Translations under genes and position numbers: made by a program
Notes under the pieces: generated by a model
Told to the model about the DNA's origin: nothing
The model's input: only the letters and a program-made list of their open reading frames with translations
The model's database searches: none
From: an uncultured virus (IMG/VR IMGVR_UViG_3300043673_000060)
Taxonomy: Duplodnaviria > Heunggongvirae > Uroviricota > Caudoviricetes
Reading direction: 5' to 3' (one strand)
Length of the DNA stretch: 64,000 nt
Virus record (IMG/VR): IMGVR_UViG_3300043673_000060
Shown here: positions 28,950 through 38,790 of the stretch, in pieces
Numbering within the stretch: position 1 is the stretch's first letter
How the letters are laid out: every line of letters starts with the position of its first letter

Positions 28950-30287
28950 TCACGTCTCCACCTTGGCGTCTCCCCGCGTGCATTCCGACACGATCCCGGA
29001 CCAGATCCGCTCGATGTTGGCCACGTGGCTCTTCTCCCCGTCGCCGCCGCCAGCCTTGTGCGCAGTTTCGTGTACTAGCACACGGAGCGCGAACGCCTTG
29101 TCGCCGAGGGTCTTCTTCGTGAGCTTCACGCGACCGTCCGCGTACAGGCCGCGCAGGTTCGCATCGCGGCAGTCGACGACGTCCACGTCGAAAAGCGTAA
29201 CGGGCTCGACGCCGTTGACCAGATCGATCGCGCGCAGCAGGTTCGTCTGCTCGTCCGCGGCCAGCTCGTGCCAGCTGTACGTGCGCGTAACCTCGATCGC
29301 GAGCTTCGCCTTGTTGTCGGCGATGGTTCCGAGAGTCTGCTCCAGGACGAGGCGCAGCGGCTCTGGACACACGATCCCCTTGCGGCCCAGGTGGCCGACG
29401 TCGGCGCTTTCTGCCAGCCCGCTCACTGGTAGCGCGTCGTCCCCGTGGCGACCCGTGAAGCTCTTCGCGACCGCGACCTTGACCGCGTCGCTCAGGTGCG
29501 GCGCGTTGTATTGGTTGACGCCGGCCACGTCAGCCGCCTGGCGCTCCAGCATGCGAGTGAACGGGTCGACCAGATCCGGCCGCGTCGCCATGGCGAGCTG
29601 CCAGATCTGCTGCACGCGGTAGTTGACGTCGTAGCGCGCAAGCATCTTGCGGTCGCGGTCGATCTCGGCGTCCTTGAGGTCGTAGCCGTAGCTCAGGTCG
29701 TCGTCGCGCTGGACGAAGACACCACGCACGAAGATGCGACCCTTGAAGCGCTCGCCCAGGAGCAGCGTTCCGGCGGCCGTCTCGACGTGTTCCTTGTCCT
29801 TGAGCTTGCCCAGGAACAGAAAATGGTCGCCGAGGTTGTCGTACGTCTCCTGGGCGACGTTGTCGATCTCGACCTGGACGCGGTTCTTGAACTCGCGCCC
29901 CTTATTCACGTAGAACACGAGCACCTTCGAAGTGAACTTGTCGCTCTGCTCGATCTTCGGCACCCAGACCTCGTCGCCGGAGCGGATCTTGATGCTGTGA
30001 CCGGCGCGGACGAGGGCCAGCGTCCCGAGCTTGATCCCTTCCCCGAACTTTCCGATGGTGTCACCCCGTCCGGTCTTCGTCGTGTGGCCGAAAAGCAGCG
30101 CCTCGTGCGGCAAAACGCAGCCCTCGTTCTCGATGACGAGCGTCGAACTCTCCTTGCGGTAGCGGACATCGAGCGAAGCGCCGAATTCCGCGCACGCATC
30201 GCGTCCGTTGCTCAGGAATTCACGCAGGCCGCTGGCTGCCGTCCAATTGGGCAAGTAGTCCGTCTTGATTGTCAGCTCGATCTTCAT
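28950..30287 (-). CDS. GHKL (HSP90-like) ATPase fused to a C-terminal HExxH zincin-like motif
   Basis: LREFLSNGRD, IENEG, IGKFGEGIK ATPase motifs; LVHETAH near the C-terminus. Confidence 0.75.
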   Translation of the reverse strand: MKIELTIKTDYLPNWTAASGLREFLSNGRDACAEFGASLDVRYRKESSTLVIENEGCVLPHEALLFGHTTKTGRGDTIGKFGEGIKLGTLALVRAGHSIKIRSGDEVWVPKIEQSDKFTSKVLVFYVNKGREFKNRVQVEIDNVAQETYDNLGDHFLFLGKLKDKEHVETAAGTLLLGERFKGRIFVRGVFVQRDDDLSYGYDLKDAEIDRDRKMLARYDVNYRVQQIWQLAMATRPDLVDPFTRMLERQAADVAGVNQYNAPHLSDAVKVAVAKSFTGRHGDDALPVSGLAESADVGHLGRKGIVCPEPLRLVLEQTLGTIADNKAKLAIEVTRTYSWHELAADEQTNLLRAIDLVNGVEPVTLFDVDVVDCRDANLRGLYADGRVKLTKKTLGDKAFALRVLVHETAHKAGGGDGEKSHVANIERIWSGIVSECTRGDAKVET

Positions 30288-30290
30288 GGT

Positions 30291-30683
30291 CTACCTCTTT
30301 CCCGTCGCAAACGTCACCCAATCCGTCCCTTGCCGCACGTCGACAGCGACGCTGCACATGCGGTCGCGCTGCACGAGTCGCAGTTTCGTCTCCAGGCCGA
30401 GCGCGGCGCAAGCCGTGGACAGCGCCACGGCTTCGTCGTCGGCGTCGCCCCGTCCGAGCCGGTCCGTGCACGTCGCGATCGTCTCGCGCGTGGCGCCGTC
30501 CGGGTAACGCAGGCGCGTACGAATCGCGGCCAACAACGCCCTAGCCTTCGATGCCGGCGTCGGGTACGCAGAGTTGTCGCCGGCCACGCGTAGCGCCCAG
30601 TCGCGCACGATCGAGCTGCCGGTGGACGCGCGGATGAGCGCTTCCAGCCGCTCGATCGCGGCGCGGATGCCGACGTCGCTCAC
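30291..30683 (-). CDS. Degenerate transglutaminase-like protein
   Basis: IRTRLRY...GRGDADDEAVALSTACAALG; GDADD where active members have GDCDD. Confidence 0.5.
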   Translation of the reverse strand: MSDVGIRAAIERLEALIRASTGSSIVRDWALRVAGDNSAYPTPASKARALLAAIRTRLRYPDGATRETIATCTDRLGRGDADDEAVALSTACAALGLETKLRLVQRDRMCSVAVDVRQGTDWVTFATGKR

Positions 30684-31036
30684 GGCGACCTCCTCACCGG
30701 CGGCTTGCCGGTCACCTTCACGTGCGTCAGCGCTTCGTCGTACTCCGCGTTGCAGGCGAGGCACCCTTCGTCCTCGGCGAACGCGATGGCCGCGCGCGCC
30801 GTCTGGTCGAAGGCCTCGCGGCTGTCGACGGCGTGCTCCAGAGCCTTGGGTGCACCAACGAAGACCACGCGCGTCTCCCCCGGTATGGCCACCCGACACG
30901 CGTAGTCACGCGTCGCGTCCCGGTAGATCATCGTGACGACCACGTCGCCTGAGTAGCGCTTGGCCACGGCGACGCCACCGGCCTTGCCTGCGTTCAAGCG
31001 CGCGTCGCGCCAGAGTCGAGCGTTAGCGCTGGTCAT
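30680..31036 (-). CDS. Hypothetical protein
   Basis: 118 aa, GGAGG RBS. Confidence 0.55.
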   Translation of the reverse strand: MTSANARLWRDARLNAGKAGGVAVAKRYSGDVVVTMIYRDATRDYACRVAIPGETRVVFVGAPKALEHAVDSREAFDQTARAAIAFAEDEGCLACNAEYDEALTHVKVTGKPPVRRSP

Positions 31037-31395
31037 CGGGAACCTCCGTTTGTGCCACCTGGCTGGTTGTGGACGTGTGCGGCCACATCGTAACCGCGCC
31101 GACGAAGACGCCGCGCAGCTCAGGATGTGGCGTGAGCCAGGCTGCGCGTGGGAGGGAGCCGCGGACGGTCATGACACACTTTCCGGCACGGGCGGTCGCG
31201 CGGTGACAATGGCGCCCGTCGCCGAGCGCCCGTAGATGAACGTGCCGTCGAGTCCCTCGGCCCAGCGGGCGCGCCCGGAGAACCAGGCGTCGTCGACCGC
31301 GCGTACGACGTGGTAACGCTCGCGCGCCTCGAATGTCTCCGGACGCGAGGACCAGACCTCGCCGGAGCGACTGATCTCGTACAGGACGTAAGCGA

Positions 31396-31962
31396 TCATG
31401 GCGCCCCCACTTCCGGCTGCGTGCCGAGCGTCCGCACGACCTTCTTGTCGAGCTTCACGGCGACGGTGTCGTACCTGCACGGTCCTGAGTTGCACCAGGC
31501 CAGGAAGCGCTCGATGACCTCATCGAGCGTCGCCGGTGTGTAGTCCAGGTACACGCAGCCGCGGTCGTACGTGCCGTCGAACTGCTGGAAGAAGCCGCCG
31601 CGGAAGCCTTTGTCGGCGTAGTGCGTCAGCGTGAAGTTGGCGCGCCAGGTCCAGAAGTCGCCGCGTGCGCGCGCGCTGTCGTCTACGGCTCGCGGCGGAT
31701 CGGTATGGGCGCGCAGAATGGATCGGAAGTGCGCCGCGCGGTAGATGACGGAGCTGGACGAGTCATCGCGACCGCAGCCCATGTAATCCGACGAACCCTT
31801 GCCGAATGCCTTGGACTTCGTCCCCATGACGATCTTCCAGACGACGGGGTACGTGTCTGCCCAGGCGATAGTCTCGCCGTCGTAATCCTGCTCACTGCTG
31901 ATCGACGGCACGACGGACGACGTGTACAGCGTGGACTTGCGGATGATCTCGCTTGTTTTCAT
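31396..31962 (-). CDS. Hypothetical protein
   Basis: 188 aa, GGAG RBS. Confidence 0.6.
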   Translation of the reverse strand: MKTSEIIRKSTLYTSSVVPSISSEQDYDGETIAWADTYPVVWKIVMGTKSKAFGKGSSDYMGCGRDDSSSSVIYRAAHFRSILRAHTDPPRAVDDSARARGDFWTWRANFTLTHYADKGFRGGFFQQFDGTYDRGCVYLDYTPATLDEVIERFLAWCNSGPCRYDTVAVKLDKKVVRTLGTQPEVGAP

Positions 31963-31996
31963 GACTGCGCATTCTCCGTGTAGATGGCTACCTTCT

Positions 31997-32293
31997 TCAC
32001 CCCGACCACGACCACGACGTCGACCTCGACCCCGACCACGACGTCGACCTCGACCCCGACCACGACCTCGACCTCGACCTCGACCTCGACCTCGACCACG
32101 ACCTCGACCTCGACCTCGACCTCGACCTCGACCCCGACCTCGACCCCGACCTCGACCCCGACCACGACCCCGACCACGACCCCGACCCCGACCACGACCT
32201 CGACCCCGACCACGACCACGACCCCGACCTCGACCCCGACCACGACCCCGACCCCGCGGTGGCGTGTCCGACTTTGAGTTGCGCCGCGCTCAC
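31997..32293 (-). CDS. Low-complexity Ser-(Arg/Gly/Trp) dipeptide-repeat protein
   Basis: GTG start overlapping the upstream stop; about 42 TCG-NGG hexamers. Confidence 0.55.
   Translation of the reverse strand: MSAAQLKVGHATAGSGSWSGSRSGSWSWSGSRSWSGSGSWSGSWSGSRSGSRSGSRSRSRSRSRSWSRSRSRSRSRSWSGSRSTSWSGSRSTSWSWSG
32000..32254. repeat. 6-bp tandem repeat (TCG[AGT]GG on the minus strand)
   Basis: Direct reading of the sequence. Confidence 0.95.
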
Positions 32294-32583
32294 TTGCTCT
32301 TCTCCGGGATCGCGTGCGACCAGGGGAAAATATCGACCACGGCACCTCGCCCCACGAGAAACCACGACGGGGCTCGCTCGAACTCGGTAATGGTGCCGTT
32401 CGTGAGCATCTCACCAAAGCGCCCGGTGTCAGCGATCCAGCCGCCGTCCTCAAGTGTGATGGAGTCGGGGCCGATGCTGGCAACGCGCCCGACGTCGATC
32501 ATGGTCACAGTGCGGATGACGATCTTGTCCCCCACCTTGAACGGGAGCGCTGCCGTCGTCTTCGTTGCCTTTTTCGTCGTCAT
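32290..32583 (-). CDS. DUF6948-like small beta protein
   Basis: IVIRTVTMIDVGRV...LEDGGWIADTGRF...GAVVDIFPW. Confidence 0.65.
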   Translation of the reverse strand: MTTKKATKTTAALPFKVGDKIVIRTVTMIDVGRVASIGPDSITLEDGGWIADTGRFGEMLTNGTITEFERAPSWFLVGRGAVVDIFPWSHAIPEKSK

Positions 32584-33295
32584 TGGAATCCTCCGTCGTG
32601 CAGCTCGATTGCCGCGGTACGGGTCACCAGAGGGCGCCCATACCGCGAGAGGCGAGACCGGGAATCATCACTTTTGGACGCGAGCCCGCGTGCGGTCGAA
32701 CCGTGCCACCTTGCCGCGCGACTTCGCGTGGGCCAGGCATTCGCGGTACGTCATCCAAGGGTACTCGACGGCGCCGGTGGGCGATGTTTGCGAGTATCCG
32801 TCGTACCAGCGATAGCCGGGACGCGGGTTGCGCGCGGTGGCGGCCCCGCGCTCGATCTGGCCTCGGTACACGTAGTAGGCGACCGGGCGAATGCCGACGT
32901 AGGTGCTCACGACTGCACCTCGTGAGCCAGCGCATCGGCCTCGCGCTTCGCGAGACGCAACCGGGAATGCCGTGACCTGAGACGCGCCTAGATCGGTGAC
33001 GTCTGGCGCGGCGACAATGCCGGCACGCACCGTCGTCCTGGGTGAGCGCTTCCTGGGATTCACGACGCCTCGGGCGTTCACGACGCCACCTCACTCGGTA
33101 GATGTTCCACGGCCGCGTCCACCAGGTGCTGGTGCTCGTCCAGCCACTGCTCCCAGTCTGAGCCCCATACGGGGTGGACGGCGCTACGGAGGGCCTCCGT
33201 CGCCACGTCGAGCGCAGTCGGGCCGCACGCTGAGGCCAGATCGCCACGGCAATCGGCGAGGTACGTCCTGATGTCCGCCACGCTCGTGATACGGA

Positions 33296-34273
33296 TCACG
33301 ACGCCACCTCCGCGTGCGCATCCTCGACGATGCCGAGGTGCTTCTTGAGGGTCTTCTCGACCGCCTTGTACTGCGCCTCGACGCTGACGACCTGCCCGCC
33401 CAGGATGTCCTTGTACAGGATCGCCCGCTCGCGCAGGATCTTCGCCTGCACGACCAGCTCCTCGATCGTCGAGACGCGTGTCGAGCCCGGGTCCTTTTTC
33501 ACGAAGGCGTCAACCTCTGCCTTGAAGTCCGTCAGCTGGCCTTCCAGGCCCTTGTTGACGGTGTTGACGGCCATGCGCTGGCTCTTCTGGTCGCTCGCGT
33601 AGCCAGTCATCATCTCGATCTGCCCCGCGCCCAGCTCCTCGACCGCAGCGCGCAGCTTCTCGATCTCCAGCGAACCGGCCGCGGGGACCCAGTACGCCAC
33701 GTACGGCGGCTGGCGACGCAGCGGCAGGCCGTACCAGCGGTCGATGTGCTGCACGACCGCCGTCCGAACGTCGTCGAGGGTGTAGACCTCGTGAAACTCA
33801 CGCGCGGCGGCCACGACGGCCCGCGCGTAGCCCCTGTCGTCCTCGCGCTCGATAAACGGCGCGCCTCCGTCGCTCGCGGCCGGGCATACCACGGTGCCGA
33901 GATCCTTGGTCGTGACCCGACCGTTGCGCGCGATCTCGACGATCGCCACCCGGCGCTCGCCGTTCTTGCCTTTCGAGGCGTTCTTCAGCTCGAAATCTGC
34001 CCCGCGGATGCTCGCGCCGACCTGCTCCAGGGCCCGGCCGAACGAAACCATCCAGTCCGGGGCGCACGGCAGGACGTGCCCGGGGTCCAGGCCGTGCCGA
34101 GCGAAGGCGGCGACGACCTCGGCGACCGGCTTGCGCCAGCCCGGGGTCAGATCGTACAGCGTCAGGTCGCCCAGACGGTCGTCGCTGGCGCTGATTTTCT
34201 TCGCGTTGAGCAGCAGGGCCTCCCGAGCCATGTCTGCCGCCTCCCGGACCGTTGCGCGTGCCTTGCGTGCCAT
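33296..34273 (-). CDS. Helical phage protein (DUF6744/DUF3150-like), first gene of the leftward arm
   Basis: 325 aa, GGAGG RBS, downstream of the leftward promoter; family call is tentative. Confidence 0.55.
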   Translation of the reverse strand: MARKARATVREAADMAREALLLNAKKISASDDRLGDLTLYDLTPGWRKPVAEVVAAFARHGLDPGHVLPCAPDWMVSFGRALEQVGASIRGADFELKNASKGKNGERRVAIVEIARNGRVTTKDLGTVVCPAASDGGAPFIEREDDRGYARAVVAAAREFHEVYTLDDVRTAVVQHIDRWYGLPLRRQPPYVAYWVPAAGSLEIEKLRAAVEELGAGQIEMMTGYASDQKSQRMAVNTVNKGLEGQLTDFKAEVDAFVKKDPGSTRVSTIEELVVQAKILRERAILYKDILGGQVVSVEAQYKAVEKTLKKHLGIVEDAHAEVAS

Positions 34274-34295
34274 GTTAGACCTCCGTTCACCAATC

Positions 34296-34436
34296 AGTCT
34301 GCTGACGTTTCAGTCAGCAGTCAAGTGCGAGCCAGTCGATTGTTTGGATCCTGTTAGAGGAGTAGCATCCAGTAGGACTGTAAAACAAGAAAGTGTGAGC
34401 CAGCTTGTTGACTGCTGACTGAAACGTCACTAGATT
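34296..34436. promoter_or_regulatory. Twin divergent sigma70-like promoters forming a perfect 22-bp inverted repeat
   Basis: TGACGTTTCAGTCAGCAGTCAA (34303-34324) and TTGACTGCTGACTGAAACGTCA (34408-34429); TTGACT-N17-TAGATT on + and TTGACT-N17-CAGACT on -. Confidence 0.8.
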
Positions 34437-34462
34437 GAACGGTGAGCAAAGGAGTAGACACC

Positions 34463-35674
34463 ATGACCCGTTCCAACGTCACTGCAATCGGCTCCGGCAA
34501 GGCTTCGGCGGTTGCCGCTGCCGTTCCCACCGCTTCGGCGCCCCTCTCGGGCATGGCAGCGCTCTGCGATGCGCTAGATGGGACGTTCGCGGAGCGCACG
34601 ACGGTCATCCGGGCCCTTGCCCGCGCCGTCGTCGCCGGTGAGCACGCGTTTTTGCTCGGCAAGCCCGGCACGGCCAAGTCCCTCATCGTCCGGTGCTTCG
34701 CGCAGGCTCTCGGCCTGAGCTACTGGGAGTACCTGCTGACGCGGTTCACGACCCCGGAGGAGGTTTTCGGCCCGCTGTCCATCAAGGGCCTGCAGAACGA
34801 CCAGTACACGCGCGCGACGCGCAACGGGTACCTGCCCGGCGCGCAGCTGGCGTTCGCGGACGAGATCTTCAAGGCCAACTCGGGCATCCTGAACGCCCTG
34901 CTGACAATCCTCAACGAGCGTGTTTTCCACGACGACGGTAGGCCGACCGCGGTGCCCCTGGTGTCGCTGGTGGGCGCGTCCAACGAGCTGCCGGAGAGCG
35001 AGAGCGAGCTGAGCGCCCTGTACGATCGCTTCCTCGTGCGCGTCGAGACGCAGTACGTCGAGGATCGCGGCGCGTTCAAGTCGATGCTTTTCGGCGTCCG
35101 CCCCACGGTTCCGGTCGTCCCGGTCGACCTCTTCGCCGAGCAGAAGGCGGCCCGCGCCGTCACGCTCCCGGACGACGTCCAGGAAGCTATCGTGACGCTT
35201 CGCTACCGCGCCCGCGATGCCGGCCTGCAGGTCTCCGATCGCCGCTGGATCCAGTGCATCGCGCTCATCAGGGCCGCCGCGCACCTCGAAGGCCGCACGG
35301 TCGCCTCGACCGACGATCTGGAGTGCCTCGAAGATGTGCTCTGGCGCACGCCGGAAGAGCGCACCGGCGTCGTTCGGCTCATCCAGGAGGTCGCCAACCC
35401 GTCGGCCGCGAAGGCCGTGTCGGATCTGGACTCCGCGAAGCAACTGGTCGCGTCGCTCCCCGTGCTCGACGCCAGGGACCCGAGCGGCAGCACGCACTTC
35501 CTCGGCAAGGCCGCCTCCGTCAACAAGGACCTCAAGGACGTCGCAGTGCGCCTCGCAGGCTACCCTGACAGCCGCAAGGTCATCCAGGCTCGCGCCGAGG
35601 TTGCGGCGCTCTGCAAGAGCCTCCAGAAGCAGACGATGAGGGCCGCGGGTCTGCCGGTCGACGACGACGAGTGA
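34463..35674 (+). CDS. MoxR/RavA-like AAA+ ATPase
   Basis: GKPGTAKS, FTTPEEVFGP, FADEIFKAN, GASNELP, ALYDRF, VSDRRW. Confidence 0.9.
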   Translation: MTRSNVTAIGSGKASAVAAAVPTASAPLSGMAALCDALDGTFAERTTVIRALARAVVAGEHAFLLGKPGTAKSLIVRCFAQALGLSYWEYLLTRFTTPEEVFGPLSIKGLQNDQYTRATRNGYLPGAQLAFADEIFKANSGILNALLTILNERVFHDDGRPTAVPLVSLVGASNELPESESELSALYDRFLVRVETQYVEDRGAFKSMLFGVRPTVPVVPVDLFAEQKAARAVTLPDDVQEAIVTLRYRARDAGLQVSDRRWIQCIALIRAAAHLEGRTVASTDDLECLEDVLWRTPEERTGVVRLIQEVANPSAAKAVSDLDSAKQLVASLPVLDARDPSGSTHFLGKAASVNKDLKDVAVRLAGYPDSRKVIQARAEVAALCKSLQKQTMRAAGLPVDDDE

Positions 35675-35687
35675 ATGGAGACGGCGA

Positions 35688-35972
35688 ATGACGCTACAGG
35701 AGCAGATCAAGGACGCAATGTGGGCCGGCGACGTCGACAAGCTCGACAAGCTGGCTCGCTGCCGCTGCTGCTGCTGGGAACACACCTACGGCCGTGGCTG
35801 CCCCGCATACCAGTGGGGTGGCTGCCGAGGTCAAGGGACCGACGAGGGCGACGAGGAGGCCTGGGCGCGCCATTACGCCAGGTTTCACGGCATGACTCGG
35901 GAGCAATTTTTCGACTTCGCGCCCTTGACTGATGATCCTAACGTCACTACATTGAACCGTGAGAGGAGCTGA
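35688..35972 (+). CDS. Small Cys-rich hypothetical protein
   Basis: CRCCCWEH...GCP...GGC; GGAG RBS. Confidence 0.55.
   Translation: MTLQEQIKDAMWAGDVDKLDKLARCRCCCWEHTYGRGCPAYQWGGCRGQGTDEGDEEAWARHYARFHGMTREQFFDFAPLTDDPNVTTLNRERS
35925..35953 (+). promoter_or_regulatory. Third copy of the early promoter
   Basis: TTGACT-gatgatcctaACGTCAC-TACATT-GAACcGTGAG, close to the 34408-34446 promoter. Confidence 0.7.
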
Positions 35973-35978
35973 GCCACC

Positions 35979-37427
35979 ATGACGACCCCCCGCGAAAGCT
36001 GCTTCCAGGTGCCGGACTTCCACCGGACGCTGCTCGCCGAGTACGCCGTGCAGACCCCCGAGGTCGCGCGCGTTTCGGCGGTGGGCGACGCGAAGGTGGC
36101 CGGCTTCGGCGACGGCTACGTCCCCGAGCTGTACCACCGCCTGTTCGCAGAGTCGCCCAACGAGATCCCCGCGGGCGAGCGCGGCGCGGGCGCTGCGGTG
36201 CGCGGCAAGCTGCACGACCTGGCTAGCGAGCTGCCGGAGTTCTCGACACTGCGTAAGCAGTGCGTGCGCGACCCGCTCTGGGCAGGTATGGCGGCAACGG
36301 CCATCGGCCAGAGCGTCGCGGGCGCCCTCCCGGACCGCCAGCCGGGCGATGCGCCCCCCGATTCCGAGGCCGCGGACCGGATCCTGGACGGCATGCGGGA
36401 CCTTCTGGAGCAGGGCGCGGTCGGCGAGGAGCAGGTTGGCAAGGCGGCCGGAGAGGCGTTCGCGGCGGCCGAGGGCGTGGCTCAGCAAGCCGGCTCACTG
36501 AGCGAGTCGACGGTCCGAAACGCCCTGCGCGGCGCCATCGCGGACGCTCAGGAGCAGATCGACCAGGCCCAGCAGGTCATGTCGGCCATGGGCTGCGGCG
36601 CCGGGACGGGCTCGGGCGGCAAGATGGCTCCCGGCGTCGCCATGGCGCTCGCCCGCAAGGTCAAGAACAGCCGCAAGCTGCAGCAGATCATGGCGCTGGC
36701 TGGTCGTCTGCAGGCCACGGCACGCGCCAAGAGGGCCAGCCGCAGCGAGTACGCGCGGTCCGAGCTGGTCGGCGTCGAGCAGACGGGCGACGTCGCGCGG
36801 CTTCTGCCCTCGGAACTGTCGGCCCTGGGCGATCCGCTGCGCGCTACGGACCTTCTGCGCCGCGTCGTGGAGCGCAACGCGCTCGGCTACAAGCTGCGCG
36901 GCAAGGACAAGGCGGCGAAGGGCCCGATCGTGGTCGCGCTCGACATCTCGGGCTCGATGCACGGCGCGAAGGACACCTGGGGCAAGGCCGTCGCCCTTGC
37001 GCTGCTCGACAGCGCCCGTCGCGACAACCGCGGCTTCGGTCTCATCCTGTTCAACGGCGCCGTGGTGAGCGAGCTGCGCGCCCCGAAGGCCGCTGCGGTC
37101 ACGCCACTGCAGATCCTGGAGCTTCTGGAGCAGGAGCCGTTTGGAGGCACCGACTTCGACGTACCGATCTTCGCGGCCCTCGACTTCGTCGAGAAGCAGG
37201 GCGCGTTCAAGAAGGCGGACGTCGTGCTCGTGACCGACGCGATTGCGCGCCCGGACAGCAATAACACGTCGAAAGCGCGGGCCGACAAGCTCGGGGCGCA
37301 CGTCTACGGGATCCTGATCGGCAGCGGCGGCGAGGCGACGCTGAAGACGTACTGTCACGACGTCGCGAGGATCGACGACGTGAGCCGCGACACGGCGGCG
37401 GTGGATCTGGTGTTCGATCACGTTTGA
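35979..37427 (+). CDS. ViaA-like VWA-domain protein
   Basis: RLLPSEL, GPIVVALDISGSM (MIDAS), GGTDF, VLVTD. Confidence 0.88.
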   Translation: MTTPRESCFQVPDFHRTLLAEYAVQTPEVARVSAVGDAKVAGFGDGYVPELYHRLFAESPNEIPAGERGAGAAVRGKLHDLASELPEFSTLRKQCVRDPLWAGMAATAIGQSVAGALPDRQPGDAPPDSEAADRILDGMRDLLEQGAVGEEQVGKAAGEAFAAAEGVAQQAGSLSESTVRNALRGAIADAQEQIDQAQQVMSAMGCGAGTGSGGKMAPGVAMALARKVKNSRKLQQIMALAGRLQATARAKRASRSEYARSELVGVEQTGDVARLLPSELSALGDPLRATDLLRRVVERNALGYKLRGKDKAAKGPIVVALDISGSMHGAKDTWGKAVALALLDSARRDNRGFGLILFNGAVVSELRAPKAAAVTPLQILELLEQEPFGGTDFDVPIFAALDFVEKQGAFKKADVVLVTDAIARPDSNNTSKARADKLGAHVYGILIGSGGEATLKTYCHDVARIDDVSRDTAAVDLVFDHV

Positions 37428-37441
37428 AAGGGAGGCGTGCC

Positions 37442-38632
37442 ATGGCGACATTCATCGTGGAGATCCGCAACAGCGACAACGGCTGGCGCTGGACGCGTCA
37501 CCAAACGTTCCTCGGGGCTCATGAGGCGCTCTCGCGAGCGCGTGAAGCGGCCACGGAGCGCTCGGTCGATACTGGCGACCAGGCGCGCGTCCGCACCGGC
37601 GCCGGAGATGTCGTATTCGGCACGCGCGGGCACGATCACGAGGCGCGGCCGTGAACCAGCCGCTCTACTCGCAGCTCGCGCAGATCGTGGATGCGCGCCT
37701 GCGGTGCCTGAAGACGCCGGAGACGCATCGCGAGGCGGCCGGCCGGCACACGACATGGCTCCAGGCCATCGTGAAACGCCACATGCCGCATGGCGCCGGG
37801 TTCGACAACGGCACAACGCTGGATCTCGACGCGTCGCACGGCGAGAGGCTCGTCTTTCGTACGTCCTTCCACCACATGGACGAGAGCGGCTGTTACGATG
37901 GCTGGACCGAGCATACGGTCACCGTGAGTCCGTCGCTGGCGTTCGGGTTCCGCGTGGCTGTTGGCGGCGACCGGAACCGCAACCAGATCGAGGACTACGT
38001 CGCGGACGTCTTCCACGATGCGCTCAGCGCCATCGAGGATGAGCACGAGAAGCGCGACCTGGCGGAGGAGGCGCCGTGACGCAGTTCCCGAAGACGTGCT
38101 CATGCGGCGTCGTGTGCACGCGCGCCGAATGGGACGCGCTGCCCGAACGCGGTACGCAGCGATTCGATTGGGGCGAAGTGCAGCAGCTCAAAAACTGCAC
38201 GTGTGGCACGACTCTGGCGATCTTGCTGGTGCCGGGCGAGCCGCAAGACCCGGTCGTCGGCGCCATCTGGAAGGCCAAGAACGCATCGACGCACGTCAAG
38301 ATCACTGCGGTGACGCCCGCAGGCGTCGCCTACCGAACCGTTCGCGGCAAGCGGCGAGAGTTCGTTCCTGTCGCCGAGTTCTTCAACCTGTTCACTCCCG
38401 TCACGAGGACCCCATGAGCAACGTCCCGAACTTCCGCCTGCGCGTCACGATCGACATCTACGTCGACGAGGCCGAGCAGGTCGACATCCTGGAACGCGCC
38501 CTATACACGACGGCCGCAGCGATTGCGGCCTCGACGGGCGCTCCCGTCGGCTTCCACGCGGATCGCGCCGAGCGCGGGCCAGTGATCGAACAGGTCGCTC
38601 CGGCCGGGAAGGGGGCGAACGCGAGCAACTGA
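37442..38632 (+). other. Run of small coupled hypothetical ORFs (37442-37654, 37651-38079, 38076-38417, 38414-38632)
   Basis: GTGA/ATGA overlaps; 37651-38079 has a MPHGAGFD...FHHMDE..YDGWTEH pattern. Confidence 0.55.
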
Positions 38633-38790
38633 GCACCGAGACCTACGGGGCTCGTAGGCCTCGGCGGTCGCGCGACATGGCTGAAGGTGGTCGGCGTCCT
38701 CGAACGTTACCCATCACAGCGCAACGGGCCGCGTCGCGCGACCACTTAGCTCTACGAGCTGTCTGGCTGAAGGATCGAAAGGGAAACGAC

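Noticed and set aside
31922..32815. Plus-strand poly-(RP) and poly-(TS/TP) ORFs and the minus-strand poly-(VE/VG) ORF
   Set aside because: They are by-products of a stop-free hexamer repeat; gene orientation and start-stop coupling favour the Ser-X frame
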